A stretch of 64,000 nt of DNA from a virus, in the IMG/VR virus record IMGVR_UViG_3300006923_000013, positions 21,788 through 85,787 of that record; one strand, given 5' to 3'. The notes beneath the pieces were generated by a model. That model was not told the DNA's origin, did no database searches, and worked only from the letters and a program-made list of their open reading frames with translations. This document shows, one piece after another, positions 50,380 to 59,684 of the stretch (the first letter of the stretch is position 1; each line of letters starts with the position of its first letter). The translations under genes were made by a program, and so were the position numbers.

Positions 50380-53379
50380 TTATTGATTTGTTCGTACTGC
50401 ATACTTCTTAGCTGAGGTATCTCCTTCCTGACTACCAAAATATTGAGCCATGTTCCGAACAATTCCATAAGGACTCAAGGCTTTCCCTGTAGCTTCTTTT
50501 AGGTTGTCGATTGGGGTTCCTCCTCTGTTTAAATGCGAATATGCATCATTATTAAAATTATAAGTGTCTAGTACTAAAGTGTCGGGTTCTGCAGTAAATG
50601 TTTCTGGGGTAGTAACTATTGAAGCTCTCCCTAAAACAGATTGTGTCTGGAACCCAGGGTCTCCAAGTAAAGAACCAAAGGTTCTTATCCCTGAATCGGC
50701 ACGATATGCCTGGCTGGGTCTAACGGCATCGTAATCTTTATAGTCTATATATGATTTTCCAGCCGCTAAGTTCTTTCTAGTGATATCTCTTAAGACATTA
50801 ACTTGGTCATCTGTGAAATCTCCTTCTGTTCTTACTGGCGGCCTATCGTTAGGGCCATAATTCATGACCTGCTTTCTGAAAATATCATCCGCAAGAGCGG
50901 ATATTGTAGTCATTGCTCCAGGAAAAGTCGCCTCTAGAAATCCTGTTACAGGGGCACCTTCTCTTATATTTCTTCTTGTTTTCCCTTTGCTTTTCGGATA
51001 ATCAGTCTTGAACTTCTGATAAAGAGTGTATGTCTTTTCCCCCCAGATTCCGTCCTCAATCAGTCCTTCTCCAAGTTTCCCTAATTCTGGATATATCTCA
51101 TTTAAAAACCTCTGTAGTACACGTATATTAGTTCCGTTTTCAATTACAGGAGAATGAATTTTAGAAGTTTCATTTTCTACTTCTTCTCCTCCGCCATCCT
51201 TAGTAACTTCTCCTCCTTTATCAAACTGTTGTACTTTTTGTTGCGTTCCTATGTCTTTAGGACTCACTTCTACTACAGGTGTACCTGTATATAAATATTC
51301 AGGTCTATTTTTCTCTCTGGAAAACTCCCAACGTAGTCTATCATTTGTGTACATATTATCAGGTCCCGCTAGGAATCCACCGTCTTCTCTCCATCTTCCT
51401 CCTATAAATTCACTGCCACCTTTTTGTGCAGAATATTGAGATTCGTCAGAGAATGTAGGATGGGATGGCTTTTTATATGTATCAGATCCGTGATTATCAG
51501 GATCTGTATTATCTTTCCAAGCATTGGATTTCCAATATCCTTGTATGTCATATACTCCTATATCTTTAGGATTTGCCCAACCCGCATCCATCCATAATGC
51601 ATAATGTTGCATTTCCAGATCAGATAGTTCTGTATTATACCTCTCCGTCATAAAGTCTTCTATTATATACTCTCTATCTCTATCTGGAGTATCCATGAAT
51701 ACTTTCTCTAACTCTTCGGGTATCTTAGGTTTTCTATTCTGTAGTGCTGCGCCGTATATACTGTCGGCATCATTTATATCCAGTTCGTATTCTTCAGGTT
51801 CTGGCGGTCCGACCTGTCCTTCTACTTCTCCCCCTTCTGCATACTTTGCTTTCTCGCACTCTGTACATCCAACTTCTCCTCCGTGTTTAAACTCTTCCTC
51901 TCCAGCTTGTGCTCTTATCTGTTGTCCTCCAAAAAGAGCCGCTCCTGTTATTCCGAACATTTTTAAAGCTTTCAATTTATCGCTCAAAGAGGTTTCCTTT
52001 TTAAAAAAAGAATTACGTTTTCCTACTGTTCTATGTTGAGCCTGCTCTAATTCTTGTAGTATATGTCTATCATATATATCCGAAGAACGTACAGCTTGTA
52101 TATATCTTTCTTGTAGATCTTTTTTAAAGTTCTTAAATAACTCGGTCCCTTTTACAAGTTTTTTTCCGCTCTTGACTTCAAAACTCTCTTTTGACATTCT
52201 AAATACTTCATTGAATATAACTTTTGCTGCGGCTATTTTTTCAGAATGTAATTCATCTGGACTTGAGTGCCAGTTTAGATCTGCAATACGTTCTGCTTCT
52301 TCCTTACTTGCCCCTTTCGGAATAGGTACAGGATCTTTCAAAATTTTTCTAAAAAACCTTCCTGATTCGGTGTCCTCTCTGGCTACGTAATAGCCGTATT
52401 TCTCATCGTATATTGTAGTACTATCAAAAAATGAATTAGAAGCTACATCAGGTCGAATTCTAGATGCTCTATGTCCTCCTTCATGTGCTGCTATCTCACC
52501 ACTTCGAGCGAGCGTACTGTTTTTATTTACATACGTGAATGTAGCTCCAGTACTCGGATCATAAAATCCAGCTCCAGGTTCAGCCCCCCTTCCTTTTAGA
52601 AAGGCTTTCTGGGAAGAATTTAATAATTGTGGTTCTCCACTTGGCCCTCCAAATCCTACATCTTTATACAAGGGATTATCACTAATTGCAAGGCTTGTAC
52701 CGTCTCTAAAAGGATTAATTTGAGTATACTCAGGGTTATCCCGTATAAAGCCAAGATATTCTTCTATTTCTAATTGTGTAATTGCTGGGTTTTCAGCCTT
52801 TAGCATCTTTTCTACAACCTCTGGTCTTAAGTTTTTAGTAGAAGGATCATAAAACATAGCTTCTGTAAATCGATTTCCATCATTTACTGACTCCCCGTGC
52901 TTTTTTAATCTTTTTAGAGTATCCTCTGCAACTTCCTCAGTAGCATCTATACCTTTTTTTATATAACTTTTTGCATTACTTATATAAGGTTTTACAGTAT
53001 CAACATAAGGTTTGATATAAGGCTTTACTGCATTTTTTATTTTTCCACCTGGTACGAAAGGAATCATTAGTCCTGTTCCGTACAATGCGGCATCTGTATA
53101 CTCACCTTTACGAAGAGCCTCTATCGTACTAGCAGCATCGGCTGCTTCTCCCGCTACAGGTAACCATCCCAGATTATCTCTTCCAGATTGCTCATCAAAA
53201 CTAAGTCCTCCACTGGGAAGAAAATGCTGAACTTCTTTTCGCAATCCTTTTGCATCTACAAACTTACCAACAGAAGAGTCCTCAAGCCCTGCCCACAATT
53301 TCTCAAAAAGAGACTGCTCCTTCTCAATCGGCGCTATTGCGTACTTCTTCTTAGGTGGATCTTTTTTCTTTTTTGCCAT
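50380..53379 (-). CDS. Modular ~999-aa protein: pre-toxin-TG-like helices, zincin metallopeptidase, unknown HPTFS domain, peptidoglycan-binding domain, unknown C-domain
   Basis: Likely start ATG 53379 (MAKKKK); WLPVAGEAAD...IPFVPG; AAHEGGH; KKPSHPTFSDESQYS; VLQRFL...DGIWGEKT; LGRASI...DTYNFN. Confidence 0.75.
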   Translation of the reverse strand: MAKKKKDPPKKKYAIAPIEKEQSLFEKLWAGLEDSSVGKFVDAKGLRKEVQHFLPSGGLSFDEQSGRDNLGWLPVAGEAADAASTIEALRKGEYTDAALYGTGLMIPFVPGGKIKNAVKPYIKPYVDTVKPYISNAKSYIKKGIDATEEVAEDTLKRLKKHGESVNDGNRFTEAMFYDPSTKNLRPEVVEKMLKAENPAITQLEIEEYLGFIRDNPEYTQINPFRDGTSLAISDNPLYKDVGFGGPSGEPQLLNSSQKAFLKGRGAEPGAGFYDPSTGATFTYVNKNSTLARSGEIAAHEGGHRASRIRPDVASNSFFDSTTIYDEKYGYYVAREDTESGRFFRKILKDPVPIPKGASKEEAERIADLNWHSSPDELHSEKIAAAKVIFNEVFRMSKESFEVKSGKKLVKGTELFKNFKKDLQERYIQAVRSSDIYDRHILQELEQAQHRTVGKRNSFFKKETSLSDKLKALKMFGITGAALFGGQQIRAQAGEEEFKHGGEVGCTECEKAKYAEGGEVEGQVGPPEPEEYELDINDADSIYGAALQNRKPKIPEELEKVFMDTPDRDREYIIEDFMTERYNTELSDLEMQHYALWMDAGWANPKDIGVYDIQGYWKSNAWKDNTDPDNHGSDTYKKPSHPTFSDESQYSAQKGGSEFIGGRWREDGGFLAGPDNMYTNDRLRWEFSREKNRPEYLYTGTPVVEVSPKDIGTQQKVQQFDKGGEVTKDGGGEEVENETSKIHSPVIENGTNIRVLQRFLNEIYPELGKLGEGLIEDGIWGEKTYTLYQKFKTDYPKSKGKTRRNIREGAPVTGFLEATFPGAMTTISALADDIFRKQVMNYGPNDRPPVRTEGDFTDDQVNVLRDITRKNLAAGKSYIDYKDYDAVRPSQAYRADSGIRTFGSLLGDPGFQTQSVLGRASIVTTPETFTAEPDTLVLDTYNFNNDAYSHLNRGGTPIDNLKEATGKALSPYGIVRNMAQYFGSQEGDTSAKKYAVRTNQ

Positions 53380-53546
53380 CAGATTTATAGACACATATAC
53401 CCTTAGGGCAGTTACATTGAATAGGTGCGACTTCACACCATTTTGTTACTTCAATCTTTTTTCTTTGCTTTCTTTTTGTCGCCAGGTTTCCTTCGCTTTT
53501 TCTGCACCCACTTAAGTATTAACAAAAACAGGGCAATTTCTAACAT
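53351..53546 (-). pseudogene. Small membrane-anchored ORF interrupted by an apparent 1-nt frameshift
   Basis: ATG overlaps the portal stop (TAATG): MLEIALFLLILKWVQKKRRKPGDKKKAKKKD*. The +1 frame continues IEVTKWCEVAPIQCNCPKGICVYKSDGKKEKRST* with no ATG of its own. Confidence 0.4.
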
Positions 53547-56026
53547 TATTTCTCTGATTTCTTACTTCTTTGGCTCGCACGATCCTTAGCTTTTTCTGCT
53601 CTTTCGTGTGCTCGTGCCTTTGTAGCTTCGTCTTTCTTAGCCTTTATCTCATCTTTTTTAAGATCTATCTTCTTGTCTTCCTGGTCAAGCTTTCGTTTAG
53701 CTTGCTCCTCTTGTACTCGTAGTTTGTCTATTTCAAGTTGATCTGGGACATTATTATCGTTTATGTCCTGGTCCATTTGATTCTTGAACGAATTGATCTC
53801 TGCTACTTCTATCTTAGTGGCATTGTCTTCATCGATCTTGTACTTTTCAAGCTCCATCTTATCTTTCGCCAACTTATTATCAGCTTCGATCTTAGCCATT
53901 TGTGCCTGTTGTCCCTGTTGCGCCATTTCTGACTCTCTTGCTTTACGGGTATCTTCTGCTTTTTCGAGTAGCGTTCTGATCTCTCCACTTGATTCGCTTG
54001 TAAGCATTTTAACAATGTCGGACAATTCTGCTGTTTGGTTCTGTAGTGCTGCATGTGCGAGTTGTTTCATTGTCATGAATAACTCTTGATCTTTAGCTGA
54101 ATCTGAAGTAAATAGACCAAAAGAAGACTCAGTTAACATTACAGGATCCACTTTAAGGACCTGGAGTGTCATATCATCTAATATATACTGAAGTTTCTTA
54201 GGTTCTGATTCTCCCCAGGCTACTTTAGCTGTATCAATAAGAGATTCAAGGACATTTCCTTTAAGTTGATTATGTGCATAGAACCAATCTTCTGTAATAT
54301 GTGAAGATTGTACCACTGCTTGTTGTGTGTTACCAACCAATTCATTAGGTCCTACTTGGCCTTCACGTTGCTTGGTAACTCCAGACACTTCTGAGCACTG
54401 TTGCTCTAAGTATTCCAACAGTCCTATTTTCTGCTGAATAGCTTGTGCCTGAGACAGATCGATAGCCTGCCATTGATTGAAATTACTTGGTTTGTTTCTT
54501 GCCCCCTCTTCGTTAGGGTTAATAAACGCTATTCCCATTGCGTCCATATAATACATCCATGTCTTCATATCAACTCCCATAGATGTAGGGATCTGATTAA
54601 TATCTACTAGGAATTTCTTACCCTTATCGTTGGCAAGATCGAGTTCCAGTCTATACATTATGATATTATATAGATATTGATACGGCTTCATCCTATCTAT
54701 CATAGATACTGGAGCCGAGTTCAGGTTATTATACGCTATACCCGTGTACCCGAGTTTACAGGAATACAGATCATCTAGATCTTTAAACTGATTAGGTTTT
54801 GCACGTATGTTCAGGTACACATCATCTGCTACCTTAGTACCTTCCCATATCTCTGGAATCCATTCCCATCGTACTTCAAGATCTCCACTTTCCTTATCTA
54901 ATTTATACGTCTCATCTACTATAAGTTCCTGTTCTTGCATTTCCTCATCCAAGAATTTCAAGAATCCTATCTTACGTAGAGACCGCCACTCACAATGGGT
55001 CACAGTTATGTACCGCGACCCATCGGTGGAAGAGTCATCATCGTCCCAGTCTAATGGAGTGCTGGAATTGAATAGATCATCTCCGTCCGTGTAGGAGAAT
55101 TCGGGAGAACCTAGAGGATGAGACTTTCCGATCACGGACGAATCGGAATAGAGATCCTTTATTTCTGTTTCAGTCATATACTCTCCAAACGTATCCACCA
55201 CTGACCCTGGTGTCATTCGCATAGAGTACTTGGCCCATTGGCCTTTTTGTATATAATCTAAATCTGGATCCTTATCGTAATCAAAGTAAAGAGGATTTAC
55301 TACCCTTATATCAGGTTCCCCATTTACAATTCCATTCCAATATATCTCTTCTCCTGCTATAAGTGCATGTTTCCACCCCTTATTGAATTTTTCACGAAGG
55401 TGTTTAGACTTTTTCAGATATGCTAGTATCTGGTTACCCATTATTTCTCTAGAGGTCTGGTATGTACGCTTCATGTATTCCTCTATCTGAGGCGGCGTCA
55501 TTGCTTGTTCTATTTCCTGGGCTTTCTGTTGTTCAGCCTGGGCCTGCTCGGGATCCATAGATTCTGGTGGTGTAGAACCTATTCCCTGCTTTTGAAATTC
55601 TTCCTGTACTTTTCTCTGAATGCCTTCCTTTAAAAAACTTTGCAGAAGACTTTTCTTTTCTTCTTCTCTTTCTGTAATAGCATCAGGATTCGTAGCAATT
55701 ACTCGAAAATTAAAAGGACGTTTTATCTCTTCGCCGAATAATACACGCAGTTTAGGAGACATTATATCATAGTGCCTCATCTCTGCTGGCATTTCTCCAG
55801 CTAAATCTTTCCCATACGGTTTACAGACATACTCGAAGTCATCTCTGTCCAGTTGTCCGTTAAATAAATTGTAGTTTGCTTTCTTCCTCGATAGATCTGT
55901 TCTACCATCAAAGCTGGTAGATCCGTATCCTTGAATATCGTCCAACATGGATTTTCCCCACTTGTTCTTATTCTTTCTTTTTGCTGCCAGTGTCAGGCGT
56001 TGTTGCGGAAAGGAATACTGTCCCAT
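53546..56026 (-). CDS. Portal protein
   Basis: 826 aa directly after TerL; NYNLFNG, L.GEEIKRPF, WIPEIWEG, SMIDRMKPYQYLYN, SGVTKQREG motifs of crAss portals. Confidence 0.92.
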   Translation of the reverse strand: MGQYSFPQQRLTLAAKRKNKNKWGKSMLDDIQGYGSTSFDGRTDLSRKKANYNLFNGQLDRDDFEYVCKPYGKDLAGEMPAEMRHYDIMSPKLRVLFGEEIKRPFNFRVIATNPDAITEREEEKKSLLQSFLKEGIQRKVQEEFQKQGIGSTPPESMDPEQAQAEQQKAQEIEQAMTPPQIEEYMKRTYQTSREIMGNQILAYLKKSKHLREKFNKGWKHALIAGEEIYWNGIVNGEPDIRVVNPLYFDYDKDPDLDYIQKGQWAKYSMRMTPGSVVDTFGEYMTETEIKDLYSDSSVIGKSHPLGSPEFSYTDGDDLFNSSTPLDWDDDDSSTDGSRYITVTHCEWRSLRKIGFLKFLDEEMQEQELIVDETYKLDKESGDLEVRWEWIPEIWEGTKVADDVYLNIRAKPNQFKDLDDLYSCKLGYTGIAYNNLNSAPVSMIDRMKPYQYLYNIIMYRLELDLANDKGKKFLVDINQIPTSMGVDMKTWMYYMDAMGIAFINPNEEGARNKPSNFNQWQAIDLSQAQAIQQKIGLLEYLEQQCSEVSGVTKQREGQVGPNELVGNTQQAVVQSSHITEDWFYAHNQLKGNVLESLIDTAKVAWGESEPKKLQYILDDMTLQVLKVDPVMLTESSFGLFTSDSAKDQELFMTMKQLAHAALQNQTAELSDIVKMLTSESSGEIRTLLEKAEDTRKARESEMAQQGQQAQMAKIEADNKLAKDKMELEKYKIDEDNATKIEVAEINSFKNQMDQDINDNNVPDQLEIDKLRVQEEQAKRKLDQEDKKIDLKKDEIKAKKDEATKARAHERAEKAKDRASQRSKKSEK

Positions 56027-56072
56027 GTCGATTATATATTATTTACCTAAATTACGAATGTTACGAAAGTAC

Positions 56073-58124
56073 TTATTTTCGCGCAAACATATTGTTCATG
56101 TTGTTTACTAGAAACTCAGAAGCAGCATTTCTATATGGCTCTTTCTTTATTTCTCGTCCATATTCTTCTTCTACGCAAAACATAAGTTGCATAAAAGACA
56201 TCACCCTGTCAAAGTTACCTTCTCGATGATATAGTATGAGCTCTTCTAATAACGCTGGGGATGGTATCAGGTCCATATTATATATAGGTGTACCGTCTAC
56301 ATTCTCTCCTCTTTTGGTCCACAGCCATCTAAGTATGAACTTCTCCCCTGCATCTTTAAGCTTATCATTCATATGACATCCCTTTATACGTGATACTGTA
56401 GAATTGGTTATAACCTTAGATATAACGTTATCTGGTTGATCTGCCAATAGATGGAGTTTACCTACCCGTTTAAAGTAACTTAATACTTCTCCACGATCAT
56501 TCTCGTACATTATCTCACAACCTCCATAATATTCAGATAATAATTCAAGGTTCCTGTTATAGATCTCAATACTATCTGGTCTTCCTACATACTCTGCTAC
56601 GATCTCATCGTATCCGTAGTCGAATTTCTGATATGTTTTATATACATACGCAGAGTTAAGTGATTTACTTCCTGATTTATCAAATGCCACGGGATCCAGT
56701 CCTATTTTGAAGAGACCATGTGGAATCTCTTCAGGTGGATGTTGGTACACAACTACACATCCATCCTGAGGGTCATTGGCTCTGTGTGGAAATTTATCCA
56801 TCGGATATAACTTCTTTTCAAGATCTGGACGGAAACGAACCTCTCCTTCTTTTTCAAAAAGGGTCCCAGGTGTTGCTAATTTCTTATATCTGTTATCAGA
56901 TTTTAACTTCGCCAGTACGTTGTATAACTCTATTGCAGGAAATACAGCTCCTTCATTTCTAAGGAAAGCTTCCTTAGGAGTATGAGGGTGCTGGGTCACC
57001 ATCATATTATAGGCTTTCGGATCTGCTTTTTTCTTTGATTCCCGTTCCAGATCTATATCCGATATGGCCTCGGCACGCATAGCATTACCCGCTTTATCTA
57101 TAAAAGGTTCCCTGAACCAGGCGTCATCTACAAACCATCCCGCCTCTCCAACAGCAGACTCATCGTATATATTCTCATAACTACGGAGTCCGTAGGAACT
57201 CGGGTTATAGAACATAGCCTCGAAGTCAGCATTTGTTCCATTCTTACTATTACCTCCTGTTCCATATAGTATAGGAATACCGATCATGATATTACCATCC
57301 TTAAAGAGTGGGTAGGATCTCTGATATGCCTGCATAAGTCCAGGCCAATCTCCTGCTTCCTCAAAAAGCATGCGTTCTGCTGTACGTCCTACAGATTTCT
57401 GTGGTGCATCTTTAAATGACAAGGCAAGAATCTCGGATTTGTACCCTTTATCTATATTTACACCAGAATAAGGATCCTTCTCTACATATCCAGCTTTGAT
57501 GTGATCCTGGCGATCTGTAAGTGTTCCTTTTACCCAATCAGTATTCTCATTAATGAAATTTATCATATTCTTGGCCATTTCCATTGTATTGGCCCAGAAT
57601 GTTTTTTCATATGCGGCGAGTATTGATACAGAGAACGGAAAGTAATGATACTTCCACGCCATACCGAATGCATTCTTATAAGAAAATCCTTTACGTCTTG
57701 CTTTTACAACTATCATTCCCTCGCCAGCAAGCTCCGCAGCTTCCAGCTCATGGTACCAATAGTAGTCCATATCCAAGAACTTAGGGAATGTATCGATCTT
57801 ACGATCTCTTTTCCCATCGTTAATAGTAGCAAGTATCCTACCGAAATTAAGATAAGCATAATGCTCACCAGTAATTCGGACACCACCAATAGTATGCCCA
57901 TTCCTACACCTAGTTTCTTGCTCATCCCAATATTCTATATATTCACTGGTCCCATCAGGGGCACCTGTGTAATAGCCATGACGCAAAAAATGTTTCGCAT
58001 CAAGGCTGAATAACTCTGTATTTATAAATTTTAGGTACTCCTGACCCGTGTGTCTTACAGGACTTTCCAGTTTAGGGTCAAGTAGACTCCATTTCTCCGC
58101 ACATATTATCTTCTTATCACTCAT
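56073..58124 (-). CDS. terL: Terminase large subunit
   Basis: ITGEHYAYLNF, Walker A KARRKGFSY, Walker B LFEEAG, coupling motif GTGG, nuclease IGLDP and GNFDRV. Confidence 0.95.
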   Translation of the reverse strand: MSDKKIICAEKWSLLDPKLESPVRHTGQEYLKFINTELFSLDAKHFLRHGYYTGAPDGTSEYIEYWDEQETRCRNGHTIGGVRITGEHYAYLNFGRILATINDGKRDRKIDTFPKFLDMDYYWYHELEAAELAGEGMIVVKARRKGFSYKNAFGMAWKYHYFPFSVSILAAYEKTFWANTMEMAKNMINFINENTDWVKGTLTDRQDHIKAGYVEKDPYSGVNIDKGYKSEILALSFKDAPQKSVGRTAERMLFEEAGDWPGLMQAYQRSYPLFKDGNIMIGIPILYGTGGNSKNGTNADFEAMFYNPSSYGLRSYENIYDESAVGEAGWFVDDAWFREPFIDKAGNAMRAEAISDIDLERESKKKADPKAYNMMVTQHPHTPKEAFLRNEGAVFPAIELYNVLAKLKSDNRYKKLATPGTLFEKEGEVRFRPDLEKKLYPMDKFPHRANDPQDGCVVVYQHPPEEIPHGLFKIGLDPVAFDKSGSKSLNSAYVYKTYQKFDYGYDEIVAEYVGRPDSIEIYNRNLELLSEYYGGCEIMYENDRGEVLSYFKRVGKLHLLADQPDNVISKVITNSTVSRIKGCHMNDKLKDAGEKFILRWLWTKRGENVDGTPIYNMDLIPSPALLEELILYHREGNFDRVMSFMQLMFCVEEEYGREIKKEPYRNAASEFLVNNMNNMFARK

Positions 58125-58414
58125 TCAGAGTTCCTAAGCATAAATTCCAATACGCTTGATATTCTAAGATCTTCCTGGGCTATTTTTAGTTGCCCACATT
58201 TCTCAAACTCCTCTAAACCAGCGTAGTAATCTATAACTTTCTGTATAGGTTCCTTAGTATCATGCATATCTGGTAACCAGAATCCATCTTCGTTATCTTC
58301 CAGTTCCTCTACAGTAAGTCTTCCAGTAAGCAGCCGATATGCGTTATCCATCGCTTCGTGCATACTTCTATTATCAGCTTCTATCTTATATAGTTCACTA
58401 TTTTCCTTGTCCAT
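58121..58414 (-). CDS. Hypothetical protein with UvrB/UvrC-like helical motif
   Basis: 97 aa; YYAGLEEFEKCGQLK; ATGA overlap with terL. Confidence 0.6.
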   Translation of the reverse strand: MDKENSELYKIEADNRSMHEAMDNAYRLLTGRLTVEELEDNEDGFWLPDMHDTKEPIQKVIDYYAGLEEFEKCGQLKIAQEDLRISSVLEFMLRNSE

Positions 58415-58529
58415 TGTATGGTTTTTTATAGTTTTTAGACTTTACACTTATAGACGTACGAGTCTTAGAGTGTATGCCCTTTCTTTTCTTCTTTGCCTTA
58501 ATATAGCCATCTTCTTCTCTACTGTTCAT
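58398..58529 (-). CDS. Small very basic protein (43 aa; not in the ORF track)
   Basis: Translated by hand: MNSREEDGYIKAKKKRKGIHSKTRTSISVKSKNYKKPYNGQGK; ATGA overlap with the upstream stop and fills the gap exactly. Confidence 0.65.
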   Translation of the reverse strand: MNSREEDGYIKAKKKRKGIHSKTRTSISVKSKNYKKPYNGQGK

Positions 58530-59125
58530 ATGTCCTTACTTTCTATAAGTGTATATGTAAATTTATTACCCCATATACCTGAGCTTCTATTAACTAACTC
58601 CATGAAGTGTTTAAAATCTTCGTTGTTTGCCAATACCTGGCAGCCTGCGGACCACCTATCTATCTGAGAGCTGGTTCCCCATTTATTTGCTCTGTGAATA
58701 TTTATACCGAATGTGCTTTTATCCTGTATACTATCCGTATTTAGATCATATTCATCATCTAGATCCTTATCTCTATATACCTTCAGTTTTCCTACTTGTC
58801 TTAAAGCAGTATATTTACCTTGATGTTGCCCTATAGCATGGGAACCTCTATACTGTCCTGGGACGAGAATCGCTACGCCGTCAGGGTTTAATAGATTTTC
58901 TGCCCAATGGAGTCCAGGGTCTGTTGTTGCAGGATATTCGTAATAATGCCATTGTTCTTCGGTCTTGAAACTCAATGTCACCAGATCATCAAACTTATTT
59001 GTAATGGAATCCCCAGTTTCTGAGTTTCGTATTCCTACAATATTCATATTGTAATCTCCATTTTCGAACCATTTATACCCGAGGTTCTTAACTGCTTTTT
59101 CTATTAAATATTTAGTGTATTTCAT
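58526..59125 (-). CDS. Putative endolysin, L,D-transpeptidase (YkuD)-like Cys enzyme
   Basis: GINIH-x-...-WSAGCQV matches the H...SxGC catalytic motif; NIVGIR, FDD and TTDPG blocks. Confidence 0.7.
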   Translation of the reverse strand: MKYTKYLIEKAVKNLGYKWFENGDYNMNIVGIRNSETGDSITNKFDDLVTLSFKTEEQWHYYEYPATTDPGLHWAENLLNPDGVAILVPGQYRGSHAIGQHQGKYTALRQVGKLKVYRDKDLDDEYDLNTDSIQDKSTFGINIHRANKWGTSSQIDRWSAGCQVLANNEDFKHFMELVNRSSGIWGNKFTYTLIESKDI

Positions 59126-59126
59126 A

Positions 59127-59684
59127 TCAGTTCTTAAGTCTTGGATCCTCGCGGTTCCCTTTTCGTCTTTGGCCCCTTATGCTGGTAGCCTTTGTTATTT
59201 CCTTTTCTATACTATCTCTTACCATGTTAAGAGAGTCCACTATCCCACCTATAGACTTTAATGCGTTTGTTACATCAGATGGTTTATATATAGGCTTGTC
59301 ATTCTTATCTCTCTCATTAAGATCTACAGCTTCTAAGTAGTCTGTAAGCTTATGTACAGTTGTAACTGCTGAAGCGAGTAGTCCCATTGTAGGAGTACGT
59401 TGTAGAAGTTGATATTTCTTTAAAGCTTCTCCCATTAAAGGATCGGGCTTAAATTTAGGATCCTTCATAAAGTCACTGGCTACAGTACTTTCCAAACTGT
59501 TAGGCGTCAGTGAAGTTCTATAAGGGGATCTGTAATCTGCGATAAAATATATATAAGAAAGCTCTCGTGTTGCACGGAGCTTTTCTTTTGTTTTATCTCG
59601 TTTCCATAAAGCCTGAAACTCTGGTACTAGCAGAGCTTCAGGTTTTATAATTACGTTACGATCTTTAAAATCGAATAGTGTCAT
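59127..59684 (-). CDS. Conserved crAss-like hypothetical protein upstream of terminase
   Basis: 185 aa; RDKTKEK...ELSYIYF..DYRSPY; helical. Confidence 0.65.
   Translation of the reverse strand: MTLFDFKDRNVIIKPEALLVPEFQALWKRDKTKEKLRATRELSYIYFIADYRSPYRTSLTPNSLESTVASDFMKDPKFKPDPLMGEALKKYQLLQRTPTMGLLASAVTTVHKLTDYLEAVDLNERDKNDKPIYKPSDVTNALKSIGGIVDSLNMVRDSIEKEITKATSIRGQRRKGNREDPRLKN

Noticed and set aside
53380-53436. Upstream GTG start for the 1018-aa ORF
   Set aside because: An in-frame ATG at 53379 gives a Lys-rich N-terminus like other genes here, and the extension overlaps the small split ORF.
47479-58124. Inteins or self-splicing introns in terminase, portal or MCP
   Set aside because: The ORFs are continuous and of ordinary size, with no intein C1/HN-[CST] or homing-endonuclease motifs noticed.
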